A stretch of DNA of 64,000 bases from the NCBI GenBank assembly GCA_017686895.1, contig GCA_017686895.1_4521.1. One strand, given 5' to 3'. The notes beneath the pieces are model-generated. The model was not told the origin of the DNA, did not search any database, and saw only the letters and a list, made by a program, of their open reading frames with translations. A program made the position numbers and the translations under genes. This document shows positions 18,784-27,210 of the stretch, in pieces (position 1 is the stretch's first letter; the number at the start of each line of letters is the position of its first letter). The DNA comes from a phage.

Positions 18784-19500
18784 ATGGGAAAACATAACAC
18801 AATGAAATATATCAAAGCCGCAGATTTTCAAACCGCATTTAAAGCAGTCAATCGTGAAATTTTAGAAAACCCCGAATTCGTAACTGATTCTCGTATTGGA
18901 CGTTGTAATGAAATTGGGTCTATGACAGTAGTTGTTGACACTCCATCATCATTCAAAATGACCGACCCACGTATTAACCGCATCTCTTATGAATATGCCG
19001 AAGACTTCTGGAAGTTTATGATTTCTGGTGGTACCAACGCAGAAGAAGCGTTTAAGGCATATCCTAATGTCGCTAAATTTATTTCTAAACCAAAATCAGA
19101 TGTTTTGCCGGCGAACTTCAACACTTTCTATGGTCCTCGCATTGCGGCCCAATTACCAACTCTTCTAAAAGAACTTAAAGAAAAACCTAACTCTCGAAGA
19201 GTTGTGTTCCAAATTCTAGAAAGTTCTGATCAGGCTTTGCTTGATTCGGACGAAACACTTGAATATCCATGTACTGACTCAGTAACTTATTATATTCGTG
19301 ATGGTAAGCTTTATACCCACTGTCATATGCGTTCTCAGAACTGTGCTGTTGTTATGCAGTTGGATTTTTATCTCCAAGGAAAATTACTTCATTATATCGC
19401 TAACGAATGCGGTGTAGAAGTTGGTGATTATACTCATACCATGGTAAGTGCCCATGTGTTTGAACGTGATTTTGATTATGTTAAAGGATTCCTTGACTAA
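18784..19500 (+). CDS. thymidylate-synthase-family pyrimidine hydroxymethylase (gene 42-like dCMP hydroxymethylase)
   Basis: PCTDSV and HCHMRSQN resemble TS-family catalytic Cys and (Q/M)RS motifs; position and dCTPase at 29023 support hmC synthesis; divergent from T4 gp42. Confidence 0.65.
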   Translation: MGKHNTMKYIKAADFQTAFKAVNREILENPEFVTDSRIGRCNEIGSMTVVVDTPSSFKMTDPRINRISYEYAEDFWKFMISGGTNAEEAFKAYPNVAKFISKPKSDVLPANFNTFYGPRIAAQLPTLLKELKEKPNSRRVVFQILESSDQALLDSDETLEYPCTDSVTYYIRDGKLYTHCHMRSQNCAVVMQLDFYLQGKLLHYIANECGVEVGDYTHTMVSAHVFERDFDYVKGFLD

Positions 19501-20399
19501 TGGCTATTTTCCGCGTACCAATCTTGAGTATGCGGTCTTATGAAACTGGACAGTATGCTATCCTTAAGGATGGCAACTTCCAACTTCATTTGCACCGTGC
19601 TAATCCAGGTGATGTGATTACATATCCACGTAATGCATCTGATATTAAAGAATGCGAACGTCTTTTCCCAGAATTTAAGTTTGTTCCATTATGGTATAAA
19701 GATAACGCGTATAACACTCGTAAATATTTCTGGTCTGAAAATGAATTTGTGGTTGATTCATTAATTGCTTATTATGATTGTGATTTTCTAATCACAGATA
19801 TCACCGGATATGACGGCGCTTTTGATGTGGAATTCAATTTCAATATCACTGCAGACCCTAATAAACCACGTTTTTATATTGACGAATTCTTAAAAACTGA
19901 TATGTTGTCGGTTAATCGTTCACTTCAAACTACTGTGTTGAATGAACGTCAAAAAGAAGTGCTGGTTAACGCAGGTGCAGATGGTAATAAGATTATCGTA
20001 ACGCAGAAAGTTATACGTCCTTCCATCATGCAGCGTCTTGTAGGTGATTTGGCTCCTATTCATCTAGATGGTATTTTTCATCCATTTCGAATTAGTGACC
20101 CGTGCTATCGTTTTGAACAAGTGGTTGAATGTGCAATTCAATTAGGCCAACCGCTTTATATAACCGATCCAAATAATAGCTTCGACAGAAATAAGTATCC
20201 TGAAGAAGCATTGATTCGAATTTTTAAACCAACTAAAACTGAGTACTATCAAATTCTTAAAGGACGTCCGAAGATTCAATATTTCGAAAATCCTGAAGAA
20301 GTATTCCATCCAGGTCTTGGTGAGTTCATCTACTTTAATGCTTTAATTTCTTCGCCGTATAATATACCTAAATATGAAGATGTCGTAATCGAGGAATAA
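19500..20399 (+). CDS. hypothetical protein at the T4 beta-gt position
   Basis: 299-aa ORF between 42-like and uvsX; no recognisable motif. Confidence 0.45.
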   Translation: MAIFRVPILSMRSYETGQYAILKDGNFQLHLHRANPGDVITYPRNASDIKECERLFPEFKFVPLWYKDNAYNTRKYFWSENEFVVDSLIAYYDCDFLITDITGYDGAFDVEFNFNITADPNKPRFYIDEFLKTDMLSVNRSLQTTVLNERQKEVLVNAGADGNKIIVTQKVIRPSIMQRLVGDLAPIHLDGIFHPFRISDPCYRFEQVVECAIQLGQPLYITDPNNSFDRNKYPEEALIRIFKPTKTEYYQILKGRPKIQYFENPEEVFHPGLGEFIYFNALISSPYNIPKYEDVVIEE

Positions 20400-20400
20400 A

Positions 20401-20949
20401 ATGGCTAAAATTATTTTAGTAGATGGCCCGGATAATGCTGGTAAAACAACTTTCATTAATGACATAATGGAAATTAGTGAAAGATATGTAAAGATTGATT
20501 TCCCTAAACGAACAGTTGATGGACGTTTCGATGTTAAGTCTCGAAATGAAGTTGGCTGTTTCGAAACTATGTTGAATTATTTAGACCCTACTAAGATTTA
20601 TCTATTAGACCGTGGATATATTAGTAACTGGGTTTATGGACGTATTCGACAAGATGCGGACTCGGTTCTTGACGTTTATGAACAGGATTATGTTCGTCTT
20701 TGCCAAAACCATGATGTGTTCACAATTATTTTAACACGTAACGAAATGACTGAAAGTTTTGAAGACGACCTTATTACTTTGTCTTCATTCGGTTTTAATA
20801 CAGTAATTTCACATTTTGAAGAGTTTGCAATTCATAACGAAATCCAAACGTATCAATTACTTAATCATGATGGTGCTAACAAAGTTATAGGATTTAATGC
20901 AAGCGAACGTAATAATTTGATTACAGAAATCATCAAATGGGCTCGTTAA
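20401..20949 (+). CDS. P-loop nucleoside/nucleotide kinase-like protein
   Basis: Walker A GPDNAGKTT and LDRGY motif resemble thymidylate/dNMP kinase fold. Confidence 0.5.
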   Translation: MAKIILVDGPDNAGKTTFINDIMEISERYVKIDFPKRTVDGRFDVKSRNEVGCFETMLNYLDPTKIYLLDRGYISNWVYGRIRQDADSVLDVYEQDYVRLCQNHDVFTIILTRNEMTESFEDDLITLSSFGFNTVISHFEEFAIHNEIQTYQLLNHDGANKVIGFNASERNNLITEIIKWAR

Positions 20950-21047
20950 GAGCCATTTAAAGTTTTAAATGCTGTATAACCCTTAGTATATAATCATCTT
21001 ATCTTTTAAACATGAGTAAAATATAATGATGCCTATGGAAAAATACA

Positions 21048-22220
21048 ATGTCTGATTTAAAATCTCGTCTGATTAAAGCTTCTACTTCTAAAATGACTGC
21101 AGACTTGACTAAGTCTAAGCTGTTTAATAATCGTGATGAAGTCCCTACTCGTATTCCAATGTTGAATATTGCACTAGGTGGTGCACTGAATGCAGGGTTG
21201 CAATCAGGCTTAACTATTTTTGCTGCTCCTTCTAAACATTTTAAAACGTTGTTTGGGCTGACCATGGTTGCAGCATATATGAAGAAATATAAAGATGCAA
21301 TCTGTTTGTTTTATGACTCAGAATTCGGTGCTTCAGAATCTTACTTCCGTTCGATGGGTGTTGATTTAGACCGTGTAGTTCATACTCCGATTCAATCCGT
21401 CGAACAACTTAAAGTTGATATGACTAATCAGCTTGACGCGATTGAACGCGGCGATAAAGTTATTATCTTTATCGATTCAATCGGTAATACTGCATCTAAG
21501 AAAGAAACCGAAGATGCGTTGAACGAGAAAGTTGTAGGTGATATGTCTCGTGCTAAGGCACTTAAATCTCTTTTCCGTATTGTGACTCCTTATCTGACTA
21601 TTAAAGATATTCCGTGTGTTGCAATTAACCATACTGCAATGGAAATTGGCGGATTGTATCCTAAAGAGATTATGGGCGGTGGTACAGGTATTCTTTATTC
21701 CGCCAACACGGTATTTTTTATCTCTAAACGTCAGGTTAAAGAAGGTACAGAATTGACCGGTTATGACTTCACGTTGAAAGCAGAAAAATCTCGTACAGTT
21801 AAAGAGAAATCTACTTTCCCGATCACGGTTAATTTCGACGGTGGTATCGACCCATTCAGTGGCTTGTTAGAAATGGCAACTGAAATCGGTTTTGTGGTTA
21901 AGCCTAAAGCTGGTTGGTATGCTCGCGAATTCCTTGACGAAGAAACAGGTGAAATGATTCGTGAAGAAAAATCATGGCGTGCTAAAGCTACTGATTGTGT
22001 AGAATTCTGGGGACCTTTGTTTAAACATAAGCCTTTCCGTGACGCAATTGAAACTAAATATAAACTAGGTGCTATCTCTTCTATTAAAGAAGTTGATGAC
22101 GCTGTTAACGACCTTATTAATTGCAAAGCAACAACTAAAGTTCCGGTTAAAACTTCTAATGCTCCGTCTGCAGCAGATATAGAAAACGACCTTGACGAAA
22201 TGGAAGATTTCGATGAATAA
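21048..22220 (+). CDS. uvsX: recombinase UvsX (RecA-like)
   Basis: MSDLKSRLIKASTSKMTADL matches T4 UvsX as recalled; 390 aa. Confidence 0.93.
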   Translation: MSDLKSRLIKASTSKMTADLTKSKLFNNRDEVPTRIPMLNIALGGALNAGLQSGLTIFAAPSKHFKTLFGLTMVAAYMKKYKDAICLFYDSEFGASESYFRSMGVDLDRVVHTPIQSVEQLKVDMTNQLDAIERGDKVIIFIDSIGNTASKKETEDALNEKVVGDMSRAKALKSLFRIVTPYLTIKDIPCVAINHTAMEIGGLYPKEIMGGGTGILYSANTVFFISKRQVKEGTELTGYDFTLKAEKSRTVKEKSTFPITVNFDGGIDPFSGLLEMATEIGFVVKPKAGWYAREFLDEETGEMIREEKSWRAKATDCVEFWGPLFKHKPFRDAIETKYKLGAISSIKEVDDAVNDLINCKATTKVPVKTSNAPSAADIENDLDEMEDFDE

Positions 22221-22554
22221 TCTCGATGATTTAAATCTAGAAATCGTTGATGAATCCCCTTCTTCGGAAGGGGAGGACATTCGCAAAGAACGAGTGTTTA
22301 ATGAATCTCTTAAAATTATCCGTTCAGCAATGGAAAATGTCATTCAAGAGATTCTGATTACACTTGAAGACGGTTCCCATCATATAGTCTATATTACAAA
22401 ACTAGACTGGGTTGATGGTAAAATCGTAATGGACTTTGCAGTTCTTGACCAGGACAGAAAAGCAGAACTTGCACCACACGTTGAAAAATGTGTTACAATG
22501 CAAGTACAACAAGCTTTTAATGAACGAACCAAGAAAAAATTTAAATTCTTTTAA
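22213..22554 (+). CDS. gp40-like protein (by position)
   Basis: 113-aa ORF between uvsX and 41, as gene 40 in T4; identity not verified. Confidence 0.4.
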   Translation: MNNLDDLNLEIVDESPSSEGEDIRKERVFNESLKIIRSAMENVIQEILITLEDGSHHIVYITKLDWVDGKIVMDFAVLDQDRKAELAPHVEKCVTMQVQQAFNERTKKKFKFF

Positions 22555-22563
22555 GGAGTTATC

Positions 22564-24006
22564 GTGGTAGAAATTATTTTGTCTCATCTAGTATACGACC
22601 AGGCTTATTTTTCTAAGGTCTGGCCTTATATGGATTCTGACTATTTTGAGCGTGGACCGGCAAAAAATGTCTTTAAAATTATAAAGAGCCACGTTAACGA
22701 ATATAATGCAATGCCATCTATCAATGCGTTAAAGGTGGCTTTAGATAACAGTTCTTTAACTGAAGCCGAATATAAAGGAACTTCAGACCTAATTGAAAAA
22801 TTGGCTGATACTCCTGAAGACCATGAATGGTTGGTTAAAGAAACTGAGAAATATATCCAGCAAAAAGCGATGTATAATGCTACATCCAAAATCATTGAGA
22901 TTCAGTCTAATGCTGAACTACCTCCGGAACAACGTAACAAGAAAATGCCTGACGTAGGAGCTATTCCTGATATTATGCGTCAAGCACTTTCAATTTCGTT
23001 CGATAGTTATGTTGGGCATGACTGGATGGAAGACTATGAAGCACGTTGGCTTTCTTATCTAAATAAAGCACGTAAGGTCCCGTTCAAATTAAACATTTTG
23101 AATAAAATCACCAAAGGCGGCGCAGAAACAGGTACACTAAACGTTTTAATGGCTGGTGTTAACGTCGGTAAATCTTTAGGCCTTTGTTCACTTGCTGCAG
23201 ATTATCTTCAAACAGGTCATAATGTTCTTTATATTTCCATGGAAATGGCTGAAGAAGTTTGTGCTAAGCGTATAGATGCAAACATGCTTGACGTATCACT
23301 CGATGATATCGATGATGGTAACATATCTTATGCTGAATATAAAGCCAAGATGGAAAAATGGCGTTCAAAAACAACATTAGGACGTTTAGTAGTTAAACAG
23401 TATCCTACTGGCGGAGCTAATGCTAATACATTCCGTGCATTGCTTAATGAGTTAAAACTTAAGAAGAACTTTGTGCCATCTGTAATCATGGTTGATTACT
23501 TAGGTATTTGTGGGTCTTGTCGTATCAGAGTTTACACTGAAAATAGCTACACATTAGTTAAAGCTATCGCAGAAGAACTTCGTGCATTAGCAGTAGAATC
23601 TGAAACAGTTCTATGGACTGCAGCTCAAGTAGGACGTGCAGCATGGGATGCTTCAGACATGAACATGAGTGATATCGCAGAATCAGCAGGTTTACCAGCA
23701 ACGGCAGATTTCATGTTGGCTGTAATTGAAACCGAAGAACTTGCACAAGCTGAACAACAACTTATCAAACAAATCAAATCACGATACGGCGATAAGAATA
23801 AGTGGAATAAATTCCTGATGGGTGTACGTAAAGGCAATCAGAAATGGGTTGAGATTGAGCAAGAAGGCATGAACACACCTAACACAGTAAATGAAAACGC
23901 AGGTGCTCAGATGCGTCAGGCAGAGGTGAATCGTACGGAACGCGTAGGTAAAGCCAAAGCAACACGTGCTGACCTAGATAGCTTAGCCAATGAGTTAAAA
24001 TTTTAA
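22564..24006 (+). CDS. 41: replicative DNA helicase gp41 (DnaB-like)
   Basis: GTG start with AAGGAG SD; MVEIILSHLVYDQAYFSKVWPYMDS matches T4 gp41; Walker A GVNVGKS. Confidence 0.93.
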   Translation: MVEIILSHLVYDQAYFSKVWPYMDSDYFERGPAKNVFKIIKSHVNEYNAMPSINALKVALDNSSLTEAEYKGTSDLIEKLADTPEDHEWLVKETEKYIQQKAMYNATSKIIEIQSNAELPPEQRNKKMPDVGAIPDIMRQALSISFDSYVGHDWMEDYEARWLSYLNKARKVPFKLNILNKITKGGAETGTLNVLMAGVNVGKSLGLCSLAADYLQTGHNVLYISMEMAEEVCAKRIDANMLDVSLDDIDDGNISYAEYKAKMEKWRSKTTLGRLVVKQYPTGGANANTFRALLNELKLKKNFVPSVIMVDYLGICGSCRIRVYTENSYTLVKAIAEELRALAVESETVLWTAAQVGRAAWDASDMNMSDIAESAGLPATADFMLAVIETEELAQAEQQLIKQIKSRYGDKNKWNKFLMGVRKGNQKWVEIEQEGMNTPNTVNENAGAQMRQAEVNRTERVGKAKATRADLDSLANELKF

Positions 24007-24012
24007 TAAAAA

Positions 24013-24028
24013 GGAGACTTCGGTCTCC
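24013..24028 (+). terminator. hairpin (UUCG loop) after gene 41
   Basis: ggagac-ttcg-gtctcc then ttt. Confidence 0.4.
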
Positions 24029-24035
24029 TTTCGGG

Positions 24036-24065
24036 GTTTACATCTTCCTCTAGGCATGATATGAT
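24036..24065 (+). promoter_or_regulatory. early-promoter-like element
   Basis: GTTTAC -35, 18-nt spacer, TATGAT -10. Confidence 0.45.
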
Positions 24066-24094
24066 GTACTTACACAAACCAAGAGGAAAACATT

Positions 24095-24469
24095 ATGAAT
24101 ATGTCTCAAGCAATTTTTACTGCAATCACCGAAAACACAACTGTTGAAGTAGTTTCTCCGCTGGCAACCTACGTTATTCTTGCTCCTAAAACTATTGTAT
24201 CTCGTATGGAAAACACAGGCAAACGTATCGTACAAATAGTTGGAGCTGGAAATCAAAAACTTGATTATCTACGAACCATCAAAGCTTACGAACATTTCCA
24301 ACTCGAAAAAGGTTCTCCTATCCAGGTAGAACTCGTAAATGGTGATATCGTTCGAGCAATGTTCCATCATTTCTATGCATTGAATGACCCATCTAAAGCG
24401 GTTCGTTTAATTGCATATGACGCAAACCAAAACGAAATCAACGCAGATATATCTAAATTACATTTTTAA
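24095..24469 (+). CDS. hypothetical protein
   Basis: 124-aa ORF downstream of early-promoter-like element. Confidence 0.4.
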   Translation: MNMSQAIFTAITENTTVEVVSPLATYVILAPKTIVSRMENTGKRIVQIVGAGNQKLDYLRTIKAYEHFQLEKGSPIQVELVNGDIVRAMFHHFYALNDPSKAVRLIAYDANQNEINADISKLHF

Positions 24470-24518
24470 GTTTACTTCTCCAGTAGTTGTGTTATTATAG
24501 ACCTATCAACTACTGGAG
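24470..24518 (+). promoter_or_regulatory. early-promoter/stem-loop cassette (PeSL-like)
   Basis: GTTTAC -35, TATTAT -10, 12-bp arms ctccagtagttg / caactactggag flanking -10; right arm carries the SD. Confidence 0.5.
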
Positions 24519-24524
24519 AACAAA

Positions 24525-24842
24525 ATGAAAACCATCGATTGTAAAGCAGAATTTAAGATTTTTTATCACGGTTCAAGTAGTTCAGCTAACATCGAAAACA
24601 TGCTTTGTCCTCCTGAAGAAACAGGAGTTCTGTCTGAAACTGGACGTAAGAAAAACTTGGATCGTGTATTCTTTACTGAAGATATCGGTTTAGCAAAGAT
24701 TTATGCAGGACGAGCAGCACGCTCTTATGGAGGTGAACCACGTCTCTATCGAGTAATTTCTCCGGTAGATGTAGTTCAAATGAATGATACTAAAGGCGCT
24801 ACAGTTTATCACGCTGAATGGGCATTTTGCGAGGAAATATGA
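24525..24842 (+). CDS. hypothetical protein
   Basis: 105-aa ORF downstream of promoter/stem-loop cassette. Confidence 0.4.
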   Translation: MKTIDCKAEFKIFYHGSSSSANIENMLCPPEETGVLSETGRKKNLDRVFFTEDIGLAKIYAGRAARSYGGEPRLYRVISPVDVVQMNDTKGATVYHAEWAFCEEI

Positions 24843-25030
24843 GCAAATTAACTAAAGTTACTTTTATCGGTTGGTTTAAAAGCGGTGAGATGTTCACTAA
24901 AGATATCATGTTATCAGGTGATCGCGAAGAAATCGAGTGGGTTACGGTACAACTTGCTGAAGTGAACAATGCATTAGTTAAAGCATTTATTAATGACGAG
25001 AAAGTTTTTGAAGCTGATTTCAGAGGATAA
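24839..25030 (+). CDS. small protein, possible Dmd-like antitoxin (tentative)
   Basis: 63 aa; near gene 41 as dmd is in T4; identity rests on uncertain recall. Confidence 0.4.
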   Translation: MSKLTKVTFIGWFKSGEMFTKDIMLSGDREEIEWVTVQLAEVNNALVKAFINDEKVFEADFRG

Positions 25031-25031
25031 T

Positions 25032-25244
25032 ATGTATTCAACTGTGTTTAAACCATCAACATACGAATTTGCATCAACTACACAATGGAAAGCTCTTATT
25101 CTGGAAGGATGGGAACTAATGATGGACTGCGAAGCATCTGAAAAGTTTCCACACGGCAAAGTGGACTTCGTTAAATTTGCTGTACGTCCGACTAAACGAC
25201 AGATTCGTCAAGAAAAACGCAAATTTCGAAAAAGTTTAAAATAG
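25032..25244 (+). CDS. hypothetical basic protein
   Basis: 70-aa ORF with basic C-terminus. Confidence 0.35.
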   Translation: MYSTVFKPSTYEFASTTQWKALILEGWELMMDCEASEKFPHGKVDFVKFAVRPTKRQIRQEKRKFRKSLK

Positions 25245-25246
25245 CT

Positions 25247-25276
25247 GTTTACAAGCACCACATACTGTGTTACTAT
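25247..25276 (+). promoter_or_regulatory. early-promoter-like element
   Basis: GTTTAC -35, TACTAT -10 upstream of lipoprotein gene. Confidence 0.45.
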
Positions 25277-25304
25277 CTTTCTATCAACTACAGAGGAAAT
25301 TGAA

Positions 25305-25673
25305 ATGAAAAAATTAATCGCTTTAGCAATGGTATTTGGATTAACCGGATGTGGTGCCCATGGCTTTATCCCTAATAACGTCGGCCAATTGATTTACAAT
25401 CCGAATGTTAAACAGTACGACCAACCTAAAGTTGAAGTGGAAGACCCGGTTACTGTAGGTAATCGAATGATTCAAGCTGATGCCCATGCTCAACGTTATC
25501 GTGACTCTGATACCGTAGCATTGTCAAAAGAACAACGCGTTAAAGAACATTGTCTACAGGCTACTGAAATCGCATTCATTCGCTATGTTGAAACAACTGG
25601 TAAAGAGCCTACCCAGAAACAAATCGCGAATAACTACGTCCAGTGTATTGAACGTTTAAACAAATTTAATTAA
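25305..25673 (+). CDS. putative lipoprotein
   Basis: Signal peptide plus lipobox MKKLIALAMVFGLTGC. Confidence 0.5.
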   Translation: MKKLIALAMVFGLTGCGAHGFIPNNVGQLIYNPNVKQYDQPKVEVEDPVTVGNRMIQADAHAQRYRDSDTVALSKEQRVKEHCLQATEIAFIRYVETTGKEPTQKQIANNYVQCIERLNKFN

Positions 25674-25676
25674 TTG

Positions 25677-25706
25677 GTTTACACCAAAGTTAAAATAAGA
25701 TACTAT
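25677..25706 (+). promoter_or_regulatory. early-promoter-like element
   Basis: GTTTAC -35, TACTAT -10 upstream of imm-like gene. Confidence 0.45.
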
Positions 25707-25734
25707 AAACATAACAAATCAAGAGGAAATTAAC

Positions 25735-25983
25735 ATGGAATTATTCGTAGCTAGTTCAGTAGCAGTTTTAATCGCAGGTATTGGTTCAATCATCATTTAC
25801 ATGTTGCCTTGGGTAATCGCACTTATTCGTGGCACAAAAAGCACAACAGCAATCTTCTTTGTATCTTTACTCTTTAACTGGACGATGGTTGGTTGGATTG
25901 GAACTTTAATTTGGTCTATCGTTGCCGAAAAGAAATCTGCTCAGCAGCCTCAACAAGTAATTATTATTCGCGAAAAAGAATAA
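25735..25983 (+). CDS. imm: superinfection immunity protein Imm-like membrane protein
   Basis: 82 aa, two predicted TM helices; LPWVIALIRG...LLFNWTMVGWIGTLIWS resembles Imm family. Confidence 0.6.
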   Translation: MELFVASSVAVLIAGIGSIIIYMLPWVIALIRGTKSTTAIFFVSLLFNWTMVGWIGTLIWSIVAEKKSAQQPQQVIIIREKE

Positions 25984-25987
25984 ACTT

Positions 25988-26026
25988 GTTTACATTATAG
26001 ATGGACTATAGTATAGTAGTCCTATC
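25988..26026 (+). promoter_or_regulatory. early-promoter-like element
   Basis: GTTTAC -35, TATAGT -10, conserved agtcctatc start region. Confidence 0.45.
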
Positions 26027-26046
26027 AAATTAACTAAGGAGTTAAA

Positions 26047-26340
26047 ATGAAAAAGTTATCATTGGCAGCAATCTTACTTGCAGTATCATGTGCACCGGCT
26101 CCAGTTACGGCAGGTTATGATAAAGACCTCTGTGAGTGGTCAATGACTGCAAATCAAGAAGATGTTGAACAACAAATCTTCTCTGATATCATGAACATCA
26201 CTAAACGAGACCGTCCTAATATGGTTAATAAAGTTGTTGAACAACTTAAGTCTGGCGGTATCATGCAGTACAATTATGTTTTGTATTGTGACCCTAATTT
26301 CGATAACAAAGATATCGTAACCGAAATCACAGGTGAATAA
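26047..26340 (+). CDS. sp: periplasmic Spackle-like protein
   Basis: 97 aa with signal peptide; AGYDKDLCEWSMTA...QYNYVLYCD resembles T4 Sp as recalled; adjacent to gene 61. Confidence 0.5.
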   Translation: MKKLSLAAILLAVSCAPAPVTAGYDKDLCEWSMTANQEDVEQQIFSDIMNITKRDRPNMVNKVVEQLKSGGIMQYNYVLYCDPNFDNKDIVTEITGE

Positions 26341-26341
26341 T

Positions 26342-26992
26342 ATGATTTATTACATGCACAAAAACGCACCATTTAAATATGGTAAATTTCCTAATGCACA
26401 ATGTTATAATATAACGCCGAACGAAAATAATAACGGATATCATATTGGTGTAATTTTTGTAATTGTTAAAGATAACGAAATCGTTGCCTGGGCCGATTTT
26501 AAAGGTACAACATATGATGTTAATCCTGTGCCTTTCACATATTACAATATAATGGATTTGGCATATGATTATAATTGGTTTAATCATGACGCGTTGGCTC
26601 ATATTGAAGGTGTAGGATTTGACATCTCTTATTCTAGCTATTCATTATGTCCTATGAGCAGGGCTCATGGTAAAGATGCATCATATCTTTCATTTCGGAA
26701 ACGTGTAAACTTCAAACGTAGTACAGAGTATGTTGGCGGACTCTTTGTTAAAGATAATAAAATAACCCGTATTAGTTATCCTTTAAGTGTAGGTCAAAAA
26801 GATGTTGATGTTGATTTAGACTTAACTGAAAATAACATTAATCGTATTGCTTCTGTATATTTTGATATCGATGAAAAAATTGTAGTGTGTGGATACGAAT
26901 TACCACCTGAAGAAAAGGCTGAAGCAGTTGAAGTCGAATTAGAAATTTCTGTTGATGACCAAATATTTAATGCATTTATGAATCGAGGTTAA
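26342..26992 (+). CDS. hypothetical protein
   Basis: 217-aa AT-rich ORF. Confidence 0.4.
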   Translation: MIYYMHKNAPFKYGKFPNAQCYNITPNENNNGYHIGVIFVIVKDNEIVAWADFKGTTYDVNPVPFTYYNIMDLAYDYNWFNHDALAHIEGVGFDISYSSYSLCPMSRAHGKDASYLSFRKRVNFKRSTEYVGGLFVKDNKITRISYPLSVGQKDVDVDLDLTENNINRIASVYFDIDEKIVVCGYELPPEEKAEAVEVELEISVDDQIFNAFMNRG

Positions 26993-26993
26993 A

Positions 26994-27191
26994 ATGACTA
27001 CTGCAATTTGCACTGGTTCTAAAATTAGTGTTTTTACAAGTTTTGAAGATTATGAAGTTGTTTCAAAACACCAACGCCATATTAGCGTAAAAGCTAATGA
27101 CGGTGTAATTTGGAATATTCCACAGTATGAAGGCACTACATATGAAGTCACAGATATAAATGGTGACAAAGCAATCTTTGTAATTGATTAA
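26994..27191 (+). CDS. hypothetical protein
   Basis: 65-aa ORF. Confidence 0.3.
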   Translation: MTTAICTGSKISVFTSFEDYEVVSKHQRHISVKANDGVIWNIPQYEGTTYEVTDINGDKAIFVID

Positions 27192-27210
27192 ATATACTCA
27201 GGAGGTACCT

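Noticed and set aside
24525-24842. Possible minimal ADP-ribosyltransferase or toxin fold (FYHGSS motif) in the 105-aa ORF
   Set aside because: Only one short motif; no second or third catalytic motif could be aligned, so the ORF is left as hypothetical.
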